Shown one piece after another: positions 18,880 to 27,774 of a stretch of DNA of 64,000 nt (its first letter is position 1; each line of letters starts with the position of its first letter). A program made the translations under genes and the position numbers. Source of the DNA: an uncultured Ruminococcus sp. (GTDB taxonomy: Bacteria > Bacillota > Clostridia > Oscillospirales > CAG-272); the NCBI GenBank assembly GCA_964430105.1, contig CAYSEF010000003.1:12317-76316 (forward strand), written 5' to 3'. The notes below the pieces were generated by a model. It was not told the origin of the DNA. It saw nothing but the letters and a program-made list of their open reading frames with translations, and ran no database searches.

Positions 18880-20394
18880 ATGATTTATAAAGGGATAAAG
18901 GGAAAGATCACAGCGTTTCTCCTGGCAACGTCTATGGTGTTTTCATTGTCATCCTGCGGACTGATAATCGTCAACGATGTGTCAGATGAGCAGGATAAAA
19001 CAGAAAATGAAGATAACAGAGTCGAAGAAAAAAACGACGATGATTCTGCCGAAACAACGATCTCCTATGTCAAATATACAGCATCTGAGAATGGCTTGGA
19101 GCTTTCTCGAGAATATATGAGTAAGCTTCCGAAACGGGATTACGAAGGGGCAGTATTTTTTATTACAACTCCTTCCTCTGACTATATCGCACCGGAGGAC
19201 ACTTTAACGTCGGTGTCAAAGCTTTCGATAGAGCGTAATGCAATGGTCGAGGAGCTACTGAATGTTGAAATTATTACATCTGTTGAAAATACCGATACTA
19301 TGCTGACAAATGTAAAACAGGCAATAGCGTCTGATTCGTATTACAGTGATCTGCTTATGATACCGGTATACATGATAGGTCAGTTCAGAAAAGATGAAAC
19401 TATATTAAATCTGCGTACACTTCCGTTTTTTGATATCGATCAGCCGTATTTCAATAAAGAATCATCTGAAATGACCTCCGGTGGATATACTACCTATGGT
19501 GTGGCAGGTCATGCTTCGATATCACCATCGTCGTTTTCAGCAGTCTATATGAATAAACCTCTTTTGGAGATGGCAGGAGTCGAACCCGCAACCATATACG
19601 ATATGGCAGAAGATGGTAAATGGACTTGGGATGAGCTGCTCAAATGCACATCTGCTGTGGCTTCACTTAACGAAAGTGGACAAGCCGGCAGAGAATTCTA
19701 TACAATAACAGCACAAAATACTGCGAGCCGTCTGCCTGATTTGATTTTCAAGGCATCGGGAAACGATTTTATTCGTGCAGGTAAGAGAAGGATACCGACA
19801 CTCGGCTTCAATGAACGCACAGCTAAAGCAACGCTCGATAATATTGCAACGATATACAACGATCCTAAATCTATTACAGATCCTTCAGCCGGAGCTATCG
19901 GTTGCTTTGCGAGTGGAGAATCTGCATTCCTGATTGAGTATCTTTCGATAATGCCTGATATTAGCAATGCAGATGCTAATTGGGGACTTCTTCCGCTTCC
20001 GAAACAGGAAGAAGGAGACGATTATCGCACGTTGATATCGAATTCTGAGCTTGTTTTCGCTGTACCAAAAAATCATACAAACGGTGAGTTTGCAGCTATA
20101 ACTTTGTCAGCACTGAATGCGGCATCGTATGGATATATCTACGATGAATATGTGAATTACAGTATGTTAAACGTGCTGCGTGACAATGATTCTGTAAATA
20201 TGCTTGATATGCTTCTTGATACTGCGTCATTCGATTTTGCTCTTGCATTTGGAAATGCGTACCCTGAGATAGCTGATGCGACATATAAGCTGATAAGAGC
20301 TACTGCAAAATCAAACGACCTTGCAGATAAATTCGCTGATTTGATGATCAAGGCTAACGCTGTTATGAGCAAGGAATTTGATCTGCGTTATTAG
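18880..20394 (+). CDS. extracellular solute-binding lipoprotein (ABC family-1-like), orphan
   Basis: The lipobox is FSLSSC|G, the protein is 504 aa, and the RBS is GGAG. It is related to the 43280-44806 product (IYDMAEDGKWTWDELLK versus YTLMEEGKWTVDKMVEL). No permease or ATPase genes are adjacent. Confidence 0.7.
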   Translation: MIYKGIKGKITAFLLATSMVFSLSSCGLIIVNDVSDEQDKTENEDNRVEEKNDDDSAETTISYVKYTASENGLELSREYMSKLPKRDYEGAVFFITTPSSDYIAPEDTLTSVSKLSIERNAMVEELLNVEIITSVENTDTMLTNVKQAIASDSYYSDLLMIPVYMIGQFRKDETILNLRTLPFFDIDQPYFNKESSEMTSGGYTTYGVAGHASISPSSFSAVYMNKPLLEMAGVEPATIYDMAEDGKWTWDELLKCTSAVASLNESGQAGREFYTITAQNTASRLPDLIFKASGNDFIRAGKRRIPTLGFNERTAKATLDNIATIYNDPKSITDPSAGAIGCFASGESAFLIEYLSIMPDISNADANWGLLPLPKQEEGDDYRTLISNSELVFAVPKNHTNGEFAAITLSALNAASYGYIYDEYVNYSMLNVLRDNDSVNMLDMLLDTASFDFALAFGNAYPEIADATYKLIRATAKSNDLADKFADLMIKANAVMSKEFDLRY

Positions 20395-20435
20395 TTTAAG
20401 AATTTGAGCGTTCACTTAATACGAAAATAAAAAAA

Positions 20436-20479
20436 ACGCATATCCTTTGTTCGAGATTGAACATTGGATATGCGTTTTT
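20436..20479. terminator. bidirectional rho-independent terminator
   Basis: ACGCATATCC (20436-20445) and GGATATGCGT (20466-20475) form a perfect 10-bp stem, flanked by A8 and T5. It sits between convergent genes. Confidence 0.85.
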
Positions 20480-20486
20480 CATTGTT

Positions 20487-22760
20487 TTATTGTGACTTCT
20501 TTGCTGCGAGGATTTTGTTAGCTTTGTCGAGCATACCGGAGTCTTGACGCTGAGCCATAACAAGACGCCAGTAGAATCCCTTGAGGTCGAGAAGCTCTTG
20601 GTGAGTACCACATTCTACAAGGTGACCCTTATCAAGAACTATAAGACGGTTTGCGTTACGCAGAGTAGAAAGACGGTGCGCTATAGCAAAGGTTGTACGG
20701 TCTTTTGTAAGCTTGTTCAGTGCATCCTGGATAAGCTTTTCTGTTTCCGTATCAAGCGCCGCTGTAGCTTCGTCAAGAATGAGTATCTTAGGATTGTGGA
20801 TAAGTGCACGAGCAATAGCTACTCTCTGACGTTCACCACCCGAGAGGGAATAACCCTTTTCGCCAACGTATGTATTGTAGCCTTCGGGAAGATTTACGAT
20901 GAAATCATGTGCGTTTGCAAGCTTTGCAGCGGCAATAACTTCTTCGTCACTGGCCATAGGCTTAGCATACTTAATGTTGTCACGAATAGAGCCGGAGAAC
21001 AGGTGAGTTTCCTGGAGAACTACACCGATCTGTGAACGGAGTGCATTCTGAGAAATATCCTTGATATTTACTCCATCGATCATGATCTCGCCTTCGGTAA
21101 CGTCGTAAAGTCGCATGAGCAGGTTGATAAGAGTCGTTTTACCTGAACCTGAGTGACCTACGATACCTATCATTTCGCCCTTGTGAACATCGAGGTTAAC
21201 GCCTTCAAGTACGGGGTTGTATGAGTCGTAGCCAAAGGTTACGTTGTTCAGCTGGATATCGCCTTCGATTGAGATGTCGATAGGAAGACCGATATCTTCA
21301 ACTTCGGGTTCTTCTTCAAGAATTTCAAGGACCTTACTGAGAGATGTAAGGAAGGAGGAGATATTACGCGGGATAGATGTGATCCACATAAGAGGACCAT
21401 AGATGATATTTGCGTATGAATTGAACTGGTGAAGGTCACCATAGTTCATAGAGCCGTTGAAGAGCAGATAGTTACCGTAGAACAGAATGAGATAGCTACC
21501 AATACGAACTGCAAAGCCGAGAAGCGGGAATACAGTATCGAAAAGGAGCGCGTTGCTTTCAGACTGCTTTGCGGAACGGTCAGTGCGCTTATGGAAGGTT
21601 TCAATTTCTCTTTCTTCGTTACCGAATGCTTTTACAACACGGATACCGTTAAGAATATCCTGGAGGAAGATGTGCACACGGTGGTTAAAGAGCCAATCCT
21701 TGTGGTTGCGGTTCTGCATTACCGACCAGAATTTGGCAATGAGATACACAACGAACGGAATCGGAACGAAAACGAACAGGCACATTATCGGGTTGATGAT
21801 AACGAGGAATACAAGCGCTACTACAAATGATGCGACCTGCGTGAAGATATTCGGAAGCTGGCCGGTCATGAAGCTTTGAACTGCGTTTACGTCCTGATTG
21901 ATACGACCCATAAGGTCACCGGTGGATTTTCGTGAAATAGATGCAATAGAAAGTGTCTGAATCTTTTCATAAAGCAGTGTACGCATCATCAGTGTAAATT
22001 TGTTACCTGATATAGCTGAAAGTCTGCTTTGAACGACACCGAGAAGTCGGTTGACAAGGTCTATCGAGACGATTGCAATGAACAAAAGCACAAATATGCG
22101 AAGATTCGGGTCTGAAAATGATGTAGCAGGACGAATCGACTCATTTGTGAGGTAATCGTTTACGGCAATCTTCTGAATTGCGGGTACAACGAACTGAACG
22201 ATAAGAGAAATGAGAGATACGAAAAGCGGGAAGAAGAGCATCAAACGAAGACCCTTGGTAAGTCCCCAAAGCTTTTTGTAAACCTCCTTACTGTCACGAC
22301 AGAATGGGCAAATGCTTGTGCCGTGAAGGAAAGGACGACCGCATTTTGGACAGAATCGTTCTGCTTCATTGTTTACGACAGGTTCGCCGGGAGCCTTTTT
22401 CTGACGGCGTTTTTCTGCGAGGTCTTCACAGGCATGGACCAAAACGGAGTATCTCGGAAGATTTCGTCCGCTGAGGAAACGGCAGATGAGCGTTGTAGTA
22501 CCGTCGATAACGGCATAGAACGAACAGTTACCGTATAGAACTTCGGTTGAGAAAATAGTACAGCGTTCCAGATCAAATGTTGAAAGGATCTTTCCGTCGA
22601 GGATGCAGTAGATCCGTCTGTCAGTTACGACAGTCCAACCGCTAACAAATTTGTCTTCAAGTACATTGAATGGAACGACATACATTCGTTTTTCGCCCGC
22701 TTCCGCGACACTTTCGTAAGCCGCAAGGTCAGCGGAGGGGAGATCATACATTAATTTCAT
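20487..22760 (-). CDS. ABC exporter half-transporter (TMD+NBD) with about 165-aa N-terminal cytoplasmic module ending in a zinc ribbon
   Basis: Walker A is GHSGSGKTT, the signature is LSGGERQR and Walker B is ILILDEAT. It has six TM helices of the type I exporter kind. The N-terminus carries GWTVVTDRRIYCILDGK...CPKCGRPF..CPFCRD. The start is probably the ATG at 22760 (AGGTG RBS); a GTG at 22769 is also possible. Confidence 0.88.
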   Translation of the reverse strand: MKLMYDLPSADLAAYESVAEAGEKRMYVVPFNVLEDKFVSGWTVVTDRRIYCILDGKILSTFDLERCTIFSTEVLYGNCSFYAVIDGTTTLICRFLSGRNLPRYSVLVHACEDLAEKRRQKKAPGEPVVNNEAERFCPKCGRPFLHGTSICPFCRDSKEVYKKLWGLTKGLRLMLFFPLFVSLISLIVQFVVPAIQKIAVNDYLTNESIRPATSFSDPNLRIFVLLFIAIVSIDLVNRLLGVVQSRLSAISGNKFTLMMRTLLYEKIQTLSIASISRKSTGDLMGRINQDVNAVQSFMTGQLPNIFTQVASFVVALVFLVIINPIMCLFVFVPIPFVVYLIAKFWSVMQNRNHKDWLFNHRVHIFLQDILNGIRVVKAFGNEEREIETFHKRTDRSAKQSESNALLFDTVFPLLGFAVRIGSYLILFYGNYLLFNGSMNYGDLHQFNSYANIIYGPLMWITSIPRNISSFLTSLSKVLEILEEEPEVEDIGLPIDISIEGDIQLNNVTFGYDSYNPVLEGVNLDVHKGEMIGIVGHSGSGKTTLINLLMRLYDVTEGEIMIDGVNIKDISQNALRSQIGVVLQETHLFSGSIRDNIKYAKPMASDEEVIAAAKLANAHDFIVNLPEGYNTYVGEKGYSLSGGERQRVAIARALIHNPKILILDEATAALDTETEKLIQDALNKLTKDRTTFAIAHRLSTLRNANRLIVLDKGHLVECGTHQELLDLKGFYWRLVMAQRQDSGMLDKANKILAAKKSQ

Positions 22761-22892
22761 GTTTGTCACCTGTTAGAAATGATGTGTCATTTGATGATAA
22801 TATTATATCATGCAGCAAACCGCACCGGAATTAAATATATTCTGATGAAGTTAAAGTGAAGCTTTATAGGAAAAGTTTCCTGTGGATATACA

Positions 22893-23561
22893 TCAAATGT
22901 AGATTTCTATGTACTTATAGCTCTGACGGTCAAGCTTTTTCGGGTCCGGAATAATGAAGCAGTTACCATCCATATCAGAAACGTAGATACGTCCGTCTTC
23001 GAGGATTCTGATGTTTGAATATGGATTGTTCAAAACGATCGATACAGCACCTGCTGATGTTTCAACTTCCCAGTAGTTATAGCCGAATTTTTCCTTTGCG
23101 GATGTAATTCGCTTGATTTCGGGAGTGAAATAGCGAACCTCAAGCTCTGCACTGATAAGCTCTACAGTTGCCTTATCAAAATCGGAAAGATTGCGGATCA
23201 TACCTATCTCAGAACCACGACCTTTTGCTCTTGTATCCGGCTCACGGACTGAAAGGAATTCGTTCGGAGCTGTGATCGGGAATGAACGACGGATAACTAC
23301 ACGCTCGAAGAATTCTTCCACACCTTCATTGTTCACTATTTTAAGTGAAATAAGACCACCGGAAGAAAGCGAGAACCATGCATTGTTCGGTGTGAGAGCA
23401 ATAGACTCACGATGTTTGAACAGATTATCGGCATCAGCGCCTTCTTCGCTGTTATCATCTTCAGCGGAGGCATCTGTTTTAGCTACAGCTTTTTTGTTTT
23501 CCGCCTTGATATCTTCTTTTTTATTTACGTTTTTTTCTTCAGTTTTTGTATTTGTTGCCAT
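22893..23561 (-). CDS. DUF1854-family protein with K/E/D-rich N-terminal extension
   Basis: The C-terminal 140 aa (RRSFPITAPNEFLSVREPD...EIGMIRNLSDFD...YFTPEIKRI...YWEVETSAGAVSIVLNNPYSNIRIL.DGRIYVSDMDGNCFIIPDPKKLDRQS) match my recollection of the DUF1854 consensus. The RBS is AAGGAGA. It lies between two ABC genes. Confidence 0.7.
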   Translation of the reverse strand: MATNTKTEEKNVNKKEDIKAENKKAVAKTDASAEDDNSEEGADADNLFKHRESIALTPNNAWFSLSSGGLISLKIVNNEGVEEFFERVVIRRSFPITAPNEFLSVREPDTRAKGRGSEIGMIRNLSDFDKATVELISAELEVRYFTPEIKRITSAKEKFGYNYWEVETSAGAVSIVLNNPYSNIRILEDGRIYVSDMDGNCFIIPDPKKLDRQSYKYIEIYI

Positions 23562-23588
23562 AGTATTTCTCCTTATATAGCATTTACG

Positions 23589-25982
23589 CTACATTCCCGC
23601 CAGAACTTTTTTCATAGCTTCGCTCTGGAGTGTAAACAGCTTGTAATATACGCCGCCCTTTGCGAGAAGTTCTTCCGGCGGACCTTCTTCTGCGATCTCA
23701 CCGTTTTCAATTACGAAGAGATAGTTGCAGTCCTTGAGAGTAGAGAGTCTGTGTGCGATAGTGATACAGGTACGTCCTTCAACGAGCTTTGCAAGTGCCT
23801 CACCGATAAGACGTTCTGTTTCTGTGTCCATAGCCGCTGTAGCTTCGTCAAGAATAAGAATAGACGGAGACATCAGCAATGCACGTGCGATAGATACACG
23901 CTGTCTTTCACCACCGGAGAGAGAACGTGAGCCGGTACCGACTTCTGTTTCATAGCCTTCGGGAAGACGAACGATAAAGTCATGTGCATTTGCGGCTTTA
24001 GCGGCAGCTATAACTTCTTCCATAGTAGCATCGGGACGAGCATAACGGATATTGTCTGCGATAGTACCACGGAACAGGAATATTTCCTGTGAAACGATAG
24101 CCATATTCTTACGAATAGAGGACATCTTGATTTTCTTTACGTCAGTGCCATCGACTTTGATAGTACCGGAGATAGGGTCATACATACGCGTGATAAGGTT
24201 AACGATAGTACTCTTACCGGAGCCGGTATGACCTACAAGACCGATATTATCACCGGCGTGGATCTTGATAGTAACATCCTTGAGGATAGGACGATTCGGG
24301 TTATAGTGGAAAGATACGTTGTCGAAGTCGATATCGCCCTTGAATTCGTCTATTGCGACAGCATCGGGAGAGTCCATTACTTCCGGAACCTGGTCAAGAA
24401 CCTCAAACATACGCTGAGCTGCGTTGATAGTATCTGTTATAAGGTTTGTGAAGGTAGAGAAGAACTGGAGAGGGCCGAATATCATGCCGATATAACCGAG
24501 ATATGTGGTAAATTCACCATATGTCATATGCTCGCCCATTACCTGAAGACCACCAAAGCCCCAGATCATCTGCGAAGAAATACCGATAAGGAGACTTACT
24601 ACAGGGAAGATCGTCAGGGATGTGATGTTTACTCTCAGGTTGGCGTTATATAGACGCTGTGAGTACTTATAGAATCTGTGTGTTTCCTCTGCTTCCTTAG
24701 CGAATGCTTTAACAACACGCACACCGTTCAGCGAGTCATTAAGCATTGATGTCATTGAAGAAGAAGCACGCCACTGCTTAGTAAACATTCTCCAAAGACG
24801 AGGGAGCATTACACGGAAGATAACAATTATTATCGGAACCGGTATAAATACGATAAGTGTCATTTTCCAGTTCAAATAGAACAGGAAGAACGTCAAACCG
24901 ATGAAGTTCAGTACGTTGATGACAAAGTTTGGAATACCGTCTATGTAAAAGCTACGGATACGTTCAGCATCGTAGTTTACTCTGTTGATAAGACGACCTG
25001 TGCTGTTGTTGTTGAAGTAGGAAAGCGAAAGTGACATCATCGAATCGAAGATATCCTGCTTCATCTGCTTCATCATTCTGTTTGAAAGCTTTGCGTTTGC
25101 ACGGTTTTGCAGAATACTGATACCAAGTGATACAAGCGCAAGGAGTACGATAACGGAGAGAACGATAAACAGCTTTCCGACGGTGTGCCATTTACCTTCA
25201 ACCGCAATTACATTATCATAGAGTATTTCACCGTTGATAATAGGGTTTAAAAGCGATACAGCGGACGATGCAACCATGCAGAGGAGAACGATGACTACCT
25301 GCATTTTATATGGAACAAGGTATTCAAGAAGTCTCTTGATTATTGCACCCTGCTTATGGCAGTGAGTGCATACTCTGCGGTATTGATTTTCGTAGACCTG
25401 ACCGCATTTGGGACATTTTGCATTGAATTGATCGAATATCTGGTCGTCATCAGTGATGTCATCACCACGCAGGAAGCGTTCGATAAGCTCACAGAAAGCG
25501 AACAGCTTTTGACGTTTGGCATTGGTGCAGTAGGCTTTGATCTCAGTGACTGCGCCTTCATTCCAATTTGCGAATATTTTTTCTCTTTCTTCTCTTTCCA
25601 GCTCCTTGTCAACCTCGGGTCGCAAAGTATCGTGCTTCAAAACAAGAAGTCTGTTTGAAGACATACATGTGTCAACTGTCAAGTCGGAATAATAATCGAG
25701 AGAAAAGCTGCCATAATATTTGGCTTGCTTAGCGTCGGGCACTTTGCCGAAATCATCTAGGTTTTGATGTCCGGAGGAGTGCTTCTTCTGAGGGATGGAG
25801 TCTGTGTCTGCGAGAATCTGATGAACAGTGCGCGTAGCCTTTTCGTATACGAGCCATGCTTCACCATAGTTTCCGTCGAAATCCAGATCCATTCGTACTG
25901 CGACCGACATATCGTCAAGACTTAAGCCTTTATCGACAAGTGCGGCAGCAGCTGCTTCTGATAATTTGTCAAGCGGAAGCAT
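23589..25982 (-). CDS. ABC exporter half-transporter (TMD+NBD) with about 215-aa N-terminal cytoplasmic module ending in a zinc ribbon
   Basis: Walker A is GHTGSGKST, the signature is LSGGERQR and Walker B is ILILDEAT, with six TM helices. The N-terminus carries GEAWLVYEKATRTV...CPKCGQVYENQYRRVCTHCH just before TM1. Confidence 0.88.
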   Translation of the reverse strand: MLPLDKLSEAAAAALVDKGLSLDDMSVAVRMDLDFDGNYGEAWLVYEKATRTVHQILADTDSIPQKKHSSGHQNLDDFGKVPDAKQAKYYGSFSLDYYSDLTVDTCMSSNRLLVLKHDTLRPEVDKELEREEREKIFANWNEGAVTEIKAYCTNAKRQKLFAFCELIERFLRGDDITDDDQIFDQFNAKCPKCGQVYENQYRRVCTHCHKQGAIIKRLLEYLVPYKMQVVIVLLCMVASSAVSLLNPIINGEILYDNVIAVEGKWHTVGKLFIVLSVIVLLALVSLGISILQNRANAKLSNRMMKQMKQDIFDSMMSLSLSYFNNNSTGRLINRVNYDAERIRSFYIDGIPNFVINVLNFIGLTFFLFYLNWKMTLIVFIPVPIIIVIFRVMLPRLWRMFTKQWRASSSMTSMLNDSLNGVRVVKAFAKEAEETHRFYKYSQRLYNANLRVNITSLTIFPVVSLLIGISSQMIWGFGGLQVMGEHMTYGEFTTYLGYIGMIFGPLQFFSTFTNLITDTINAAQRMFEVLDQVPEVMDSPDAVAIDEFKGDIDFDNVSFHYNPNRPILKDVTIKIHAGDNIGLVGHTGSGKSTIVNLITRMYDPISGTIKVDGTDVKKIKMSSIRKNMAIVSQEIFLFRGTIADNIRYARPDATMEEVIAAAKAANAHDFIVRLPEGYETEVGTGSRSLSGGERQRVSIARALLMSPSILILDEATAAMDTETERLIGEALAKLVEGRTCITIAHRLSTLKDCNYLFVIENGEIAEEGPPEELLAKGGVYYKLFTLQSEAMKKVLAGM

Positions 25983-26363
25983 AAGTTGTCACATTCCTTT
26001 CCTGGAATTTTACCTATAGCCACGAGGCAAAGGTATAGATAAATTCACCCGATGAGCAGAAAATTTTGTAGATAGCTCCTGACGGGAAATTTATGGGACA
26101 GTTTATATAAATAATTAAAAAATTTAAAATTACCTATACACACTGCCAAGCTTTTGTGTTATAATTTACATAGTGATATTCACTATATAGGTCAGTGAGA
26201 ACCACTATATCAATTAACTGTAAATTAACAGTCACTTAATAATAACTTGTATTCACGGGAATTGCAATACTTTTCATAAAATTATTAAAAAATCGGCAGA
26301 TTATACAAACAATATATTGCAATTTAGGATATAATGTATTTTTGATTCAAAAAAGAGGGTTAT

Positions 26364-26711
26364 ATGCTTAAAAAAGGAAAACACTGGACAAAAAGCAAGA
26401 ATCCGGAGAGTAAACGATATAAGCGTGATCTTGCGAATTATCTTGATGGCAGACATCTCAAATGTGTAACTGAACGAATAAACGGAATTGAAGAGGTAGT
26501 TGGTAAATCCGGCGCGATAATCAAGAAAGAGGACGAGCTTATTATATATGCAAGTCAGGATGTGCTGATGAGAACCAAGATAGACGATCTTCATGCATGG
26601 GAACTCTTATCTCTTGAAGGAGTTGTAATAACTGCAAATGATATAGAGCATGGCGGAGAAGAAAGATCTATAATTGCGTATTACAGTTACTATAGGGAGC
26701 TGGAGGATTAG
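26364..26711 (+). CDS. hypothetical 115-aa soluble protein
   Basis: The ORF has an RBS (AAGAGGG, 7 nt before the ATG), a basic N-terminus and a predicted beta-rich core. I recognise no motif. Confidence 0.5.
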   Translation: MLKKGKHWTKSKNPESKRYKRDLANYLDGRHLKCVTERINGIEEVVGKSGAIIKKEDELIIYASQDVLMRTKIDDLHAWELLSLEGVVITANDIEHGGEERSIIAYYSYYRELED

Positions 26712-26796
26712 AGCGCATATTATAACGTGTGTCTGCTGAATTATACAAGAAACAGCGACACATGAAATACAGTATTTCTCTACGAAAGACAGATAA

Positions 26797-27774
26797 ATGG
26801 ATATAATCATAAACAATAACTATGAGGGTAAACTAATCCGTGAGGTACTGAAAAATGACCTCGGTTATTCTATTACTCTCATCAAAAAACTAAAATTTTC
26901 CCCCGATGGTATAAAAGTCAATGGCGAATGGGTCACTGTTAGATACGAACTCAAATCGGGTGATGTTCTTTCTCTTGCGGTTGAAGATAAGCCTGAGGAT
27001 GTAAGTCCGTATATCATACCGATCGATTTGCCTCTTGAGGTGATTTATGAGGACGAATTTGTTACGGCTGTAAATAAACCTTATAATATGCCGTCGCATC
27101 CGTCGCATGGGCATAGACTTGATACGGTCGCAAATGCACTTGCATACCGATATTCAGATAAAACCTACGTTTTTCGTCCGGTAAATCGCCTTGATCGTGA
27201 TACAAGCGGATGTATGCTCACAGCAAATGCAAAGGATGCTTCTTATAGAATGTACACTGCAATGGTTGACGGAAAGATAAGAAAAACCTACCTTGCTGTG
27301 CTTGACGGAATCCCAAAAATGCGTGAAGGTGTGCTGTTTTCGTATATGCACAGGCGTTGCGAAAGTATTATAGAGAGGGAAGAATGTTCACCCGATATTG
27401 CCGATGCAAAGCCTGCTGTGACAGCTTATAGAGTTCTTGCGGACAATGGCAAAGAGGCTCTTGTTGTTGCATCACCTATCACAGGACGTACACACCAGCT
27501 AAGGCTGCATTTTCTTGGACAAGGCTGTCCCATTACAGGTGATTCTCTTTACGGAAATGAAAGTCCGAATATCGAGCGACACGCACTTCATTCGTGGAAA
27601 ACCTCGTTTCCTCATCCGCAAAGTGGCGAGCTTATCTCGGTCACCGCACCTATTCCGGCAGATATTTCATCTTTAATGGACGCTGTCGGCTTGAAGCTGC
27701 CTGAGAATGAAGAGCTTTTTGATATTTCCGACCTCATTGAAGAAGCAAAAAAAATAAAGGTAACAGATAAATGA
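26797..27774 (+). CDS. RluA-family pseudouridine synthase (RluD-like, with S4-like N-terminal domain)
   Basis: The catalytic motif is PVNRLDRDTSGCML, and GRTHQLRLH and LHS also match the RluA family. Confidence 0.88.
   Translation: MDIIINNNYEGKLIREVLKNDLGYSITLIKKLKFSPDGIKVNGEWVTVRYELKSGDVLSLAVEDKPEDVSPYIIPIDLPLEVIYEDEFVTAVNKPYNMPSHPSHGHRLDTVANALAYRYSDKTYVFRPVNRLDRDTSGCMLTANAKDASYRMYTAMVDGKIRKTYLAVLDGIPKMREGVLFSYMHRRCESIIEREECSPDIADAKPAVTAYRVLADNGKEALVVASPITGRTHQLRLHFLGQGCPITGDSLYGNESPNIERHALHSWKTSFPHPQSGELISVTAPIPADISSLMDAVGLKLPENEELFDISDLIEEAKKIKVTDK

Noticed and set aside
22861-22892. The hairpin AGGAAA-ag-TTTCCT (22868-22881) between the DUF1854 gene and ABC-2, considered as an internal terminator.
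   Set aside because: The stem is only 6 bp, and no U-tract follows on the coding (minus) strand. That is insufficient for a terminator call.
20487-25982. Labelling the ABC/DUF1854 set as 'cyanophycin metabolism-associated'.
   Set aside because: That name is only my recollection of some database annotations for DUF1854 neighbourhoods. No cyanophycin synthetase or cyanophycinase gene is present in this window, so the link is unsupported here.
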